Shown: positions 17,194 through 36,581 of the stretch, in pieces | Layout: each line of letters opens with the position of its first letter | How positions within the stretch are numbered: the stretch's first letter is position 1 | From: the human T2T-CHM13v2.0 reference genome, Homo sapiens | Reading direction: 5' to 3' (one strand) | DNA: 64,000 nt | Assembly: GCF_009914755.1 (NCBI RefSeq) | Contig: NC_060933.1 | Position numbers and translations under genes: made by a program | Notes under the pieces: generated by a model | What the model was told of the DNA's origin: nothing | The model's input: the letters and a program-made list of their open reading frames with translations, nothing else | Database searches by the model: none

Positions 17194-18374
17194 AAAAGCT
17201 TCTAAAATTAATAAACAACTTCACCAAAGTCTCAGTATACAAAATCAATGTGCAAAAATCACTAGCATTTCTACACACCAAGAACAGTTAAGCTGAGAGC
17301 TAAATCACAAATGAACTCCCATTCACAGTTTCCATAAAAAGAATAAAATACCTATTAATACAGCTTACTAGGGAGATGAAATATCTCTACCAGGAAAACT
17401 ATAAACCACTGCTCAAAGAAATCAGAAATGACTCACACAAATGAAAAAAACATTCCATGCTCATGGATAGGAATAATCAATATCATGAAAATGGCCATAC
17501 TGCTCAAAGCAATTTACAGATTCAGTGCCATTCTTAGTAAACTACCATTTACATTCTTCACAGAACTAGAAGAAAAACTATTTTAAAATTCATATGGAAT
17601 CAAAAAGCAGCTGTAACAGCCAAGGCAATTCTAAGCAAAAAGTTCAAAGCTAGAGGCAGCACAGTACCCAATTTCAAACTATACTACAGGGCTACAGTAA
17701 CCAAAACAACATGCTACTGGTACAAAAACACACACATAGACCAATGGAACAGAATAGAGTACCCAGAAGTAAGACTGAGCACCTACAACAATCTGATCTT
17801 CAACAATCCTGACAAAAACAAGCAGTGAGGAAAGAACAGTCTATTCAATAAATTGTGCTGGGAAAACTGGCTGGTCACATGCAGAAGATTAAGTCTGGAC
17901 TCCTTCCTTACACAATATACAAAAATTAACTCAAGATAGATTAAAGACTTCAATTTAAAGCTCAAAACTACAAATACCCTGGAAGACAACCTAGACCATA
18001 CCATTCAGGACATAGGGACAAGCAAATATTTCATCCTGAAGACACCAAAAGCAATGGCAACAAAAGCAAAAATCAACAAATGGGATAAGGGCTTCTGCAC
18101 AGAAAAAAAAAAAAACTATCAACAAAGTAAACAGATAACTTGCAGAATAGGAGAAAATTTTTTCAAACTATGAATCTAAAAAATGTGTAATATTCAGCAT
18201 ATAGAAGAAACTTAAACAAATTTACAAGAAAAAAATGAACAATCCCTTTAAAAAGTCTGCAAAGGACATAAAACAAACACCTTTTTACAAAAGGCATACA
18301 TGTGGCCAACAGTCATATTAAAAAAAGCTCAATGTCACTAGAGAAATGCAAATTAAAATCACAATGAGATACTA

Positions 18375-18788
<414 letters not shown>

Positions 18789-19287
18789 TCAGCCATGTGG
18801 AAGACAGTGTGGCAATTCCTCTAAGACCTAAAGACAGAAATACCATTCAGCCCAGCAATTGCATTACTGGGTGTATACCCAAAGGAATATAAATCATTCA
18901 ATTATAAAGACACATGTATGTGTACATTCATTGCAGCACCATTCACAAGAGCAAAGACATGGAATCAACCTAAATGCCCATCAATGATAGACTGGATAGA
19001 GAAAATGTCATACATACACACTGTAGAATATATGCAGCCATAAAAAGAACAAGATTATGTACTTTCAAAGGACACAGTTGGAACTGGAGGCCATTATCCT
19101 TAGCAAACTACCATAGGAACAAAAAACCAAATACCACATGTTTTCACCTATTAGTGGGAGATAATAATGAGAACACTTGGACACATAGAGGGGAATAATA
19201 CATACTGGGACCTTTTAGAAGGTCAAGGGTGGGAGGAGGGAGAGGATCAGAAAAAATAACTAACAAGTACTAGGCTTAATACCAGGG

Positions 19288-20192
<905 letters not shown>

Positions 20193-23099
20193 CTGGGTGA
20201 TGAAATAATCTATACAACATAACTCCATGATGCAAATTTACCTATGTAACAAACCTGCACTTGTACTCCTAAACTTAAAATAAAAGTTAAAAAAAAAAAA
20301 GGAAATTTTTTCTTTTCTGCCATATTTGGCAGGTCATTTTTGAACATAATGAAAATCATTATTTTTTAAATTTGAAATCTTTAAAGAGTGTTATGCACAA
20401 AATTATTTGTTGCTTATTTATTTAAATTCTAACCATATGTTCTTTTTAACTAAGGCTCTAGCAGTTTCAAGATTTCTAAGTTTCCTTTTCCTTCTTTACT
20501 CAACTTATGATTCTATATCATAAAATTTCAGGACACCAATAGTAATTTCTATGAATCAATATTTTTCCTTAAATCAGAATACTGGTATTTAATAGATCAA
20601 ATATTTACATTTTAGACCAATTTATTTTTGCCTAAACACTTCAAAGCAATACAACCAAAGATGTTAACCTATTTAATTTCTCATTTTAATCATTATAAGT
20701 AACACATTATACATTATGTGTCTTAGTTATATGTATAAATAAATTTACAACTAACAGACATTTAGTATTTTAAACTTTATAATTAAAACCAATTTTGTAT
20801 CTCATTGCAAGAGATATATGTATATCTCAAAAACTGCCAAAAAGTTTTTCTTGATGTACTTGGTCTACATATAAGGAAACAGCAATTTTAAGAAAACAAC
20901 AGTAAAAGTCTATTTTAAAATTGATACCATTATCTGAAGATTATAATACTTCAGCTATTTTAAATGTAATACTATTACAACGTATCTGTGTACCCTAGGA
21001 GCTAAGGAACTATCTCAAGTTCTCTGATCTTTAGTTTTTTTATCTTATTCCATGCTCCTGTCTCTACGTTTCTCGTCTAGGTTTGGATACTGTGATTATT
21101 ACATTACATTTTATAGGGATATATACTAAAACGTTTACTGGCCTTTGAGTTCAGGAGGAGTAATAGCCACTTTAGCACAGCGGCCCCAGGATTAGTTCCA
21201 TTATCCCCTCAAAGGAAGTCCTAGCCTCTAGAGACGCAATATGACCCTGTGCCTCCATTGCATTTCAGGGTGATACTCCAAAACTTAAACTCCTAGTGTC
21301 TGAGTCCTGATCACCAGAAGTGTTTTGTTTGATTACAGATCGTGTAGATGGCAAGACATTCCCAGAACTGCAAGCACCAGGCTCCTTTTGCGCCCCTCTC
21401 CAGATTGCGGTTTTCCTGTACTGTTTCTTTTCCCCCAGGAGTTAAGATGACTTCAAACTTCTCTTGTAGAAAACTTCCAGAAGCTTTTCACAATATTTGT
21501 ATCAGATTCAGTAAGATGAATCCACTTAGTTAATCAATATGAAAAAAATTTATGAACAAGTGTTGGAGTCAGTGACAAGATATGTTTTCTAAAACCTCGT
21601 GATTACACAGCATTGTCTTAGAGTCCCTTGTCATGCATCCTGGGAAATATACTGCTGCAAAACTAGCAAGGGCATAGTCTTAGAGGGTTGATCAAGCTGG
21701 AACTGCTTCTTTAGCAACTTCCTTCCCACACATGGCTTAATTTAAATTTCCCGAGAAAAACTGCCTATGGCTGCTTGGTAAAGACTAAGAGAGTTGCTTC
21801 AGGCTCTATTACCCTCAAGTACTGAGCCTCCGTTTTCTGGTTGATTGCCTTAAATTCAGCTTCTTCCCTAATGCTGTCCCATTTGAATGAAGTCCAGGAA
21901 CTTAAGATTGTTATATATGCAATTGCTAGGAGACAGAGATAATACCATTGAATTCTAGCTACCTCTATGATAATGAAAACAACCAAGGAAAATCATTTAG
22001 TAAAGCTGGCTTTTGAAGTCTAGCTATGTCATTAAATTAGTTATGTGATTGAAAGCCATGCAAACTATCATTTTTCATCACCAAAAGTAGATTTTAATTA
22101 AAAAGTCATAACACAGTCAATGGTTATGAGAATAAACTAATTTATGGGGAACATTTTTTGATTATTTGTTTTTAAATATGCTACTAATCAGATAGAAATT
22201 CACTTTTGTTCTTTGAGAATCAAATTTAAACACATGAATGATAAAACATGTCTCATTAGTTTTCAATAATAAGGCAAGAAAGGAATTCGTGCTCCATTCC
22301 ACAGGAGAGCTTTGCAGATGACACAAACGAAACAATTTTTAATGTAGTTGAGGTTGGTTCTTAGAAAAGCCCATTTTATTTTTTTTCTCTATGCTAGGTA
22401 AGAACATTTCTCGAAATCTTTGGCAAATTCTTTTTTCTTTTCTGGTCCTTCTACTTCCTCCAAACTTTGGTCACAGATCCACCTAAATTAAAATGTTGAG
22501 AGATTGCTATTTATAATCTTCATTTATCTAAACCCTCTATTCTTGGTCCTAAATATCACCATGATCAACCAGCACGTTCACATACACAGAATGTTATTCT
22601 TTTTCAATGTAATTTGTGAATTTGGAGGGAAAAGGCCAAATACAGAATACTTGAAATTGTGAAATATATTTCCCTTCCCTGCACCCCTCAAGTGAAAGGT
22701 ACTGTAGTATTAGCATTTTTCCTTTTATCCCACTCAAATAGAGATCCTGCCTTCCAACCAACACATTTATAAGCATATATTTCTCTGATATTTTTAATGT
22801 ACTTTTTTCCCACTGGCTTCACATGACCAGAAACAACAACTCAGCAGAATCTCTTAAATATTGATATGAAGTTAAACATAATACCAAAATCTCTCACAGG
22901 CTCTTTCTTTCCTTCTCTGGGTAAACAGATCTCTTTCTGCCAACAAACTCCCAGAGTGAAGAAATTGTCCAGGGCTAGAGAAAAATAAGTGGAATAGCTG
23001 TTCCAATACAAGCCCCCAAGTCTTTCCACAGAGTCCAGAGTCTGATTTTTCAAAATTATTTGCCAAAAGGGTGTTCTCAAAATTATTCCAACTTAAGTT

Positions 23100-24510
<1,411 letters not shown>

Positions 24511-26176
24511 ATGTTGTAATATCTAACAGAGTGAAATGATAGGGTATAACTTTCTTGAGCTAAAGTAAAATTCAAGACTTCCTATGGGAAGAATTATTCA
24601 AGTAATTAGAATCAAATAAATAGAAACTTGACCAAATATATATTCCTGTGAAATTTTAGGTATTTACTAAATAAATCCTAAAAGTATTACCCCAGAGGAA
24701 GAGAGAGGGACACAAAAAATGTGGCAAGGCAATGGAGAAACAAACACAGAGTTTAAAGGGAAGAGGTTTTAATCAAATAATGAGTAACTCCAAGGCAATG
24801 ATTCAAATTTTTAAATAATCAAAATTTTAAAAAATTCATAAAATAGATATGATAAAAAACAGAATAATTGTTTCAATAGTAATCCCCAATATGTCTACAA
24901 AACTATGTAAATATTAATCAATATTTTAAAAATAAATTATAAAAATAATAATTTGGATAAAAATGACTAATTATATCAGCAAAAATTCCACGTACAAGAC
25001 TTACATGCAGGGAGGTGGTATTTTTCTTTTTCACTGGAATAACATTAATTTTTAGTATAGACCTATACTAAATAATAAGTATGTACAGTATATCTGCATA
25101 TTTATATAAAGCTTGCATATTCCCCTAGAAAAAATTACCTTACAACTTAACATCTTAAAACAACAATTGTTTATTATTTCACACAATTTCTGAGGGATCA
25201 GGAATAAAATGAGAAATGTAGTTTAAAAATTACTGTGGAATAAAAATGACCAAAAACCTTTTTTGACAAAATAAGAATTAGCAAATGATTGTCAAAGAAG
25301 CATACAGAGATATGTAATAACTTGATAAAAGCAAAGTAGAGATAATAAACTTCAGTTTGGTCTAAAATCAAAATCTAACAATATGCTGTTACAAAGAAAA
25401 ATGTGTAAAGAAATATTAAAATAAAGTATGGATAAAGGAATTGTCTATCTCTACTTCTAGAATTTCCAGCTGCTCTCCAAAGGCCAAAAAAAAAGTTTAC
25501 TAAATTGAAATCACTTAACTAAATTTAAATTAATTAAAAATTATTGTAGCCCTTTTGTTTCCCGTTCCCTAAATAGAAAAAAATAGAAACTAAATATTAT
25601 GTAGCATAATAAAAGAGAAGTATTAAATAGAAGAATGAAAAGGAGTCTTTTTTAAATAAAAAAAACATCATTTTTGAAAATTACATCATTTGATGTAAGA
25701 ATAAACTAGCTAAAATCCCTCTACTGATAGGATTAATATTTCAACAATTGAGATCCTATGTTACTGTTTTATGTTGGGCTAGAGTACATCTTTCACCCAC
25801 TCCATTGTGCTACATGCTTGGGAAATGACAAAAATTGATGATTCCAGCCGAAATTGAGGGCATTGCTCAAACCAGAGGACTAAGCATTGGGACATTTTCT
25901 GGTGAAAGAATCAAAGGATCCAGTTGTCGTCTTGTGAGTAGGATAGTAGTTTCTGAAAAGTGAAGGACATCATGTGACGTAAAGAGATGTTAAGTCATCC
26001 AACAAATAATTTTTTTTAGTGTTTTACCTTACACTTAACTCTAAGATCTACAAAATGTCCCTCCTCTTCCTAGTACTTATACCAAGAAAGCTCAAATGCT
26101 CAGAAAGTGAACTCACGAGGAATCAAATACTTGTGGATTGTAAACTCTGAGAGTGTCTCAAAAATTTACCTAAGGT

Positions 26177-26483
26177 GGATGCAGCGAAAAGAGAACACTT
26201 CTATACTGCTGGTAGGGATGTGAACTAGTATAACCACTACGGAAAACAGTGTGGAGATTCCCCAAAGAACTCAAAGTAGAACTACCATTTGATCCAGGAA
26301 TTCCATTCCTGGGTATCTACCCAGAGGAAAAGATGTCATTATCCAAAAAAAAAAAAAAAAAAAGATACTGGCACAGCATGTAATAGCAACACAATTCCAA
26401 GTTGCAAAAATATGGAACCAGCCCCAAATGTCCATCAATCAATGAGTGGATAAAGAAATTTTGTGTGTGTGTGTGTATTCCAT

Positions 26484-26518
<35 letters not shown>

Positions 26519-26840
26519 TGGAATACTATTCAGCCATACAAAGGAACAAATTAATGGCATTTGCAGCAACCTGGATGGAACTGGAGAATATTATTCTAAG
26601 TGAAGTAACTCAGGAATGGAAAACCAAACATTGTATGTTCTCAATCACTCACAAGCGGAAGCTAAGCTATGAAGATGTAAACACATAAAAATGGTACAAT
26701 GGACTTCAGGGACTTGGGGGAAAGGATGGGAGGGAGTGAAGGATAAAAGACTACAAATTGGGTTCAGTGTATACTGCTTGAATGATGGGTGCACTGAAAT
26801 GTCACAATCACCATAAAAAATTAAAAATAAATAAATAAAA
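26177..26840 (+). mobile_element. 5'-truncated L1MA1/L1MA2-like 3' end
   Basis: 'gaacacttctatactgctggt...gtggagattcccc aaagaactcaaagtagaactaccatttgatcca'; 3' UTR 'gagtgaaggataaaagactacaaattgggttcagtgtatactgct'; A-rich tail. Confidence 0.88.
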
Positions 26841-27106
26841 ATAATTGTCAGGGAAGTCCTCTCTAAGAATGGGAAGATGGGCAATGTGATAAACCATAAT
26901 AATGAGCTACAGCTTACTATCTAAAATTTAAAGGAAAACAATTCTAGACACGAAGAAGAAAATATTCAAAAGCTCAATGGTATAAATAAGCTGGAATTTG
27001 TGCAGATCAAAAAGATAGATGAGAGGGGTGCAGCATAGCAAGGGAGACAGCGGAGAGTACTGGCTTTGAGAAGTAGGTAGTAGCAAGATTATATAGACCA
27101 TGCTAA

Positions 27107-27557
27107 TGTAGAAGGAAAATAAAATCTGGGGCCCCAAAAATCACTACGTTAAAGGGATGAGTCAAGCTGGGAATTGCTTAGGACAAACCTACTTCCCATT
27201 CTATTCAAAGTCATCCCTCTGCTCGCTGAGATAGATGTATGTCTGATTATCTTCTTCTGAAAGGCTCATCAGAAACTCAAAAGAATGCAACATTTGTCTC
27301 TTACCTACCTGTGTCCTGGAAGCCCCCCTCCCTGCTTTGATTTGTCCCGCCTTTCTGGACAGAACCAATGTACACCTTACATATACTGATTGATGTCTCA
27401 TGTCTCCCTAAAATTATAAAACCAATCTGTGCCCCAACCACCTTGGGCACATATCATCAGGACCTCCTGAGGCTGTGTCATGGGTGTACATCCTTAACTT
27501 TGGCAAAATTAACTTCCTAAATTGACTGAGATCTGTCTCAGATATTTGGGGGTCACA
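27107..27557 (+). mobile_element. MER4A-like ERV1 solo LTR
   Basis: TG...CA ends (tgtagaaggaaaataaaatc ... tttgggggtcaca); perfect 4-bp TSD CTAA at 27103-27106 and 27558-27561. Confidence 0.88.
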
Positions 27558-27980
27558 CTAACATCCCCTACAAACCTCATGTTGAAATTTGATCCACAAT
27601 ATTGAAAGTAGGACCTGGTAGGAGTGGTTTAGATCACGGAGAGAGATCCCTCATGAATACATTAATGTTCTTCCTGAAGGTTGATTTCTTACTCTATTAG
27701 TTCTTGAGAGAGCTGGTTGTTAAATGGAGTTTGAGACCTCCCCATCTCTCTCTCTCTTGTATTTTCTCTTACCATATGATTTCTGCAGATATTGACTTCC
27801 CTTTACCTTCCACTCTGAAGGGAAGCAGCCAAAGGCCCTCACCAGAGGCAGATGAGCCTTCCAGACATCAGAATCATGAACCTTCAGACATCAGAATTGT
27901 GAGCCAAATAAACATTTGTTTCCTTATAAATTACTCAGTCTTGGGCATGTTGTTATAGCAAAACAAAACAGACTAAGAAA
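27558..27980 (+). mobile_element. MST (MSTB/MSTC-like) MaLR LTR, interrupted near its 5' end by the MER4 LTR
   Basis: 'aaacctcatgttgaaatttgatcc...gatccctcatgaat...cttataaattactcagtcttggg catgttgttatagcaaaacaaaacagactaaga'. Confidence 0.8.
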
Positions 27981-27989
27981 TACACAATG

Positions 27990-28480
27990 ACTTGTTTGGA
28001 TGTTATACAGAAAGCAATTAAAAAGCCATTGAAGGAGTTTAAGCATGGAGAAGGAAGATGATGAGTGGAAGTGGTTGTGAAAATGGAATTTTTAAATGAC
28101 TTATCTGACTGCTATGTAGAGAATGAATAGAAAGGAGGCCAATTAGAAAGCTATAGTGATAATCTTAGTGAGATATTATTGTAGCTGTAAAGAAGGATAA
28201 AAAAGGAGAAATGAGGGGAAAAATACATGATTCAAAATATATATTTGAGGTTGAATCAATATGATTTGTCAATGAATTAGAGCAGACAATAATGCGAAAA
28301 AAAACCCAAATGAACAAATTATGACTACTAGGTGATCTGGTCTGGCAAACCAGGTGAAGGGCCTTAACATTCATATTTATGGGAGAAACTGTGGAAGGAA
28401 GTACTCTTGGAGAAATGAACAGTGAGATTTATACTTTTGTTCTGTATATTCATAAATTTCAAATCCCTATTAGATATGAA
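27990..28480 (+). mobile_element. Degenerate L2 fragment
   Basis: 'gccattgaaggagtttaagca', 'ctgctatgtagagaatgaatag', 'atatatttgaggttgaatcaa' resemble L2; boundaries approximate. Confidence 0.5.
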
Positions 28481-30067
28481 AGTGATGATGACCTTTAGCT
28501 AAACAAGTGAAGAAGATTGAACATAGTATGTTTATGTACATATATACAGACTGATTATATGTTAAATTATATACACTTAAATTAATTTTTACAGGTGATT
28601 TATTTTTCTTATACCTATAATGTATTGCAAAAAAATAGAATATAAGTTTCAACTTCTACTTAATATTTTGACAAATTTCTAAAAGTAGGTTGTTTACTGA
28701 TTAAATTTATTAAATCTAGAAATTAAGAACACATGAAAAAGATTCTCCCAATCCTTGAAACTATCATAATCATTCTTGAGGAAGAAAATATTAATAATTT
28801 AAGAAAATATTACAAGTTTAACTACAAACTATTCAGAAATAAGTGGTCATAAGAATGCATTATACTTAAACTAAGGGAATTCAGCCAATGTTTATCCAAT
28901 AAAAGACGCAGCTCTTTTAATTTATTATAAATGAATAAAAATAATGTACAATTCAAGATGCTTAGGAACCAAACCAGTAAACCTACAGAAACTATGAAAC
29001 TAATTAATAATAAAGACATTAATGAGTTACAAAACAATGGGCTTGAAAAATATGCAACTTCATTTCCTTGAAACAGAATACATAAAAGTATAAACCAAAA
29101 TGTAAACACTTTGCAAAAACTAATTAAGAAACACATAAAATTTATGAAAACGTAGTCACATTTCAGGAATATAATGTTTGCTATGACTGTATATATAGTA
29201 CGTGTGTGTTTGTACATATTCAAATATATATATACCTATTTGCTAATTTGTTATATTAATAATATGAAAGAGGAAGAATAATACCAAAAAAGTATATGAA
29301 GTGGAAAAAATTTTAAATGACACATTATAAGGAAAATAAAAATTGAAGACAATAATTTCAGTAAATGGTAAGAGATTTCTATGTACAAACGTAGTCTAAA
29401 ATGTGGACAATGCTTTGGATACTTTATGAGATAATATGAATGAGTAATATTTTTGTTACAGTACAACTGAATATATTAAAATAAATATAAAACCTGTTTC
29501 ATTAATTTCCTTCAAATGTGATATTGATTTACCACAGTTTTAAAAATAAGATCTTTTACATTTATATTGAATACGTTTAACATTATTTTAGCTCACAAAA
29601 TAAAATGCAGATCTATTAACAATACTCTATTGTGAATAGAATAGAAACTAACAATCCTAGGCAAAAAACCTACCATATGCAATCATAAAACTGTCCACTC
29701 AATTGCTGTTATTCACATTCTTATCTTCAACGGCATATTATTTTAGAGAGAGTTAGAATAATATGATTTTTAAAATTTTGCCCCTCTGGTATTATAAGTT
29801 TTTTCCAACTCTTTATTTTTATGCATTATCATGAAGTTAAATAATTGCTTTTCGTATTGGAAAAATGGCAACGTTTCAATTTCAAAGAGAATGAAATGGC
29901 CAGGACATAGACAAAGTTAAGGCCTTTAAAAAATAGTATGTTGGGGAAGGGGAAACAGGAAAGAAAATAAAGAGAGGCAGTAAAATAGAGGCAATCTTAG
30001 TTTGGAAATAAAAACATATTCCACATACATAGATGTACAGTAGAATTGAAAGGAATATAAGTAAGAT

Positions 30068-30470
30068 GTTGCAGGCAGAATAATGGCCCCCAAAGACATC
30101 TGTGTACTAATCCTTACAGGTCAATCCTTGTATGTTACCTTGTAAAGCTAAAATGACTTGGAAGGTATTATTAAAATAAGGGTTTTGAGGTAAAGACATT
30201 GTTCTGGGCTACCTGAGTGAGCACAGTTTAATCACAAAAATCCTTATAAGTAAAAGATAGAGACATGAGGAAGGTCAGAGTCTGAGAGAGATTTAGGCTT
30301 TGAACATGGAAGAAAGGGCCATGAGCCAAGAAAAGTTGATGGCCTCTAGAAGCTGGCAACGGGAGGGAAACAGATTTGTCTTTAAAGCCTTCAGAAGGAA
30401 CTCAGCTCTACTAACACCCTGATAGTGCATTGACTCATGTCATTGTAATGTAATTCAGCAGCAATAGGTG
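30068..30470 (+). mobile_element. MLT1C/D-like MaLR LTR
   Basis: 'gcaggcagaataatggcccccaaagacatc...gccatgagccaag...gcctctagaagctgg...cagcagcaatagg'. Confidence 0.8.
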
Positions 30471-32504
30471 TGTGTATATGTAGCTTTAATTTGATGAGTG
30501 AATAAAAATAAAGTACTATTCATAATGCTTGAAAACAAGACAAATAACCCTACTGATAAAAAGACTAATTTATGATGACATTAATAAATTAGAAAACATT
30601 AAGCTAGATAAGTATGCCCATACATATGTAGCATACCTATATGCGTGTGTGTGTATATAAATAGAGAGAACTATTCTTTTCTAAAAAGTACAGACAATAC
30701 TACTACTAAAGTTTCAGTCCTGTGTTATTTTGATATTTGAATAAAATAAATCTATATTGATGATACCATGTGTCACATGCCAGGTTTGAATATCCTCTAA
30801 TACAGAATTAAGTTCATTTAACTGCCTAAGACTGTCCAAAGAAGTGATAGTAATACCACTGTATGTTTTAAATGATTATGCAAAACTCTTCATTATAAAA
30901 TGTTCTTAAGTTCATCAAGTTCTAGTATTTTACATTAAAAAAACTATTCAGAAAACTATTTATTTTAAAAGTGATTACAGTACATACAAGCAAGTCTGTC
31001 TTTTCTGGCATTTAGATATATAGTAGTTCCCCAAATGGCATAACTAGAAAACATTTAGGTAGTTACAAGTGCCAGGGAGTGAAATCCATGCAATCCAATC
31101 TTTCCCTATCAGGGTGCCTGTGTTTCATTTGATTTTTTCTCAAATACCAAAGTAGAAATATAGTACATGTGTAATGATGATAGGTTCTGGATCTTACGTT
31201 AACAGACTGCAATCATTCAATATTCTATCATAATGTTTATCTAAATTATTGATTAAGGTCACCAGGGAGCTCCTGGTTATCAAATTCAACTATCTATATT
31301 TAAACATCCCCATATGGCAATATTGTATCAGTTATAGTGAAGACTAGGGGTTTTGAAACTCTCTTCTCAGATTCCTTCCAGGGTATAGCCCACTACACAT
31401 GAGTTTTCTACAGCCTTTCCACTTTCTTCTCATTCCAAACTCTGCTCTGAAATATCATCCTCGGTTTGACCTCTGGACAACCATTGCCATTTACTTTTCT
31501 TCTCTACCTGTTGTTCTGAGCTATTTCTTACAATGCTATTTCTGACTATCAAATATTGATTGATTTGCGTAGCTTTTTAATTAATTGTTTTACAAAATCT
31601 AATTTTAGTTCAGAAAAAAAATTATATAGTCTCTCTCAAATAAGTAAGACCTTGGAAGTTGGCAAGGGTAAAAAAACTCAAGAAGCCAAAGAAGGGGAAC
31701 GGAACTGATGAGGTAGACAGGCTTACAAACGTGAATTTCACTGACTTCTTAGTACAGTGGATTTTGGTTTCTATTAAGTGTCAATCACAGTGCTATGTAT
31801 TTGATCGACAAGAAGAAATAAACTTTAGGAGTTTAAAGCTTATGAAATAAAATTAGAATTTTATAGGTTATATAATAATCTAATGATATTATTGAACACT
31901 GTTCTCTATACAAGTGAGAGGAAATGTTCACTAATGAATGAAAGGCATTGAGCCTAAAAGACATCAAATGGTTAGAGGTCGGCACAAAGAGATTGGTGGG
32001 GAGGGGCAGACACAGTGAAATTCAGGTAGAAGGGACAGCGTATATCAAAATATGAAGATTTGAAAGAATGTAGTAGAAACTGCATTTCTAAGTGTCCTGT
32101 TGCCTGCTATATCGATCAAAACAAGCCTCTCCATCTGAAAACTGCAGCCATTCCACAGGGTCTCATTGACCATGTCCAGATAAACATGATTAGGGCTAAA
32201 GAAAACAATGACAGTTTCCCCTGCCATCATTATGAATAAGGCGGCATATCTTATCTAATAGCTAGAGGAGACTATACTGTGCATGCTAAGTTAAACAAAA
32301 ATCAACTGGACTACTTTATCTAATCCTTGTTTTCATGATTGAGGAAATCTGGTGCATCAATCCCTAAGAAAAGCAATTTTTTCTATTATAATTACAATTG
32401 AAGATATGTCTCAAACTTTGTGGATATTAAATGAGAGTGAGAAATATATTGCCTTTTCACTATGAAGACACTGGCTGTAAATATAATATTTTTTTATCAT
32501 ACTC

Positions 32505-32507
<3 letters not shown>

Positions 32508-32543
<36 letters not shown>
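32508..32543. repeat. (TG)n microsatellite
   Basis: Direct reading. Confidence 0.95.
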
Positions 32544-32544
<1 letters not shown>

Positions 32545-32599
32545 ATATTTGATTTGCCAGTCCTTCTAATTTTCACTCCCTGGCACTTATAATTTATTC

Positions 32600-36200
<3,601 letters not shown>

Positions 36201-36204
36201 AATG

Positions 36205-36380
36205 AGTATTTTTCAACTTTATTAAGTTATAATTGAAAAATAAAAGCTATATGTATTTACAGTATGCTATGTAATGTTTTATATGTGAATATGCTATGAA
36301 ATCATTAACACAATCAAGCTAATTAACTCTTACCTCATGATTATCTTTTTTTGTGTGAGAATAAGATCTCCCTTAGCATT
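36205..36380 (-). mobile_element. L1MA8/9-like 3' terminal fragment
   Basis: 'caactttattaagttataattg...aatcaagctaattaac...taagatctcccttagca'. Confidence 0.6.
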
Positions 36381-36581
36381 TTTTTTTACTTATTTGAAAA
36401 TTTCAACTTTTATTTTAGATATGGGGTTACATGTGTAGTTTTTTTATATGGGCATATTGTGTGGTGCTGAGGTTTGGGGGATAGATCCTATCACCCAGGT
36501 AGTGAGCATAACACCCAATAGGTAGTTTTTTGATCCATCTCCTTCTACCTTCCTACGCCTTCTAGTTGTTTGCAGTGTCTG

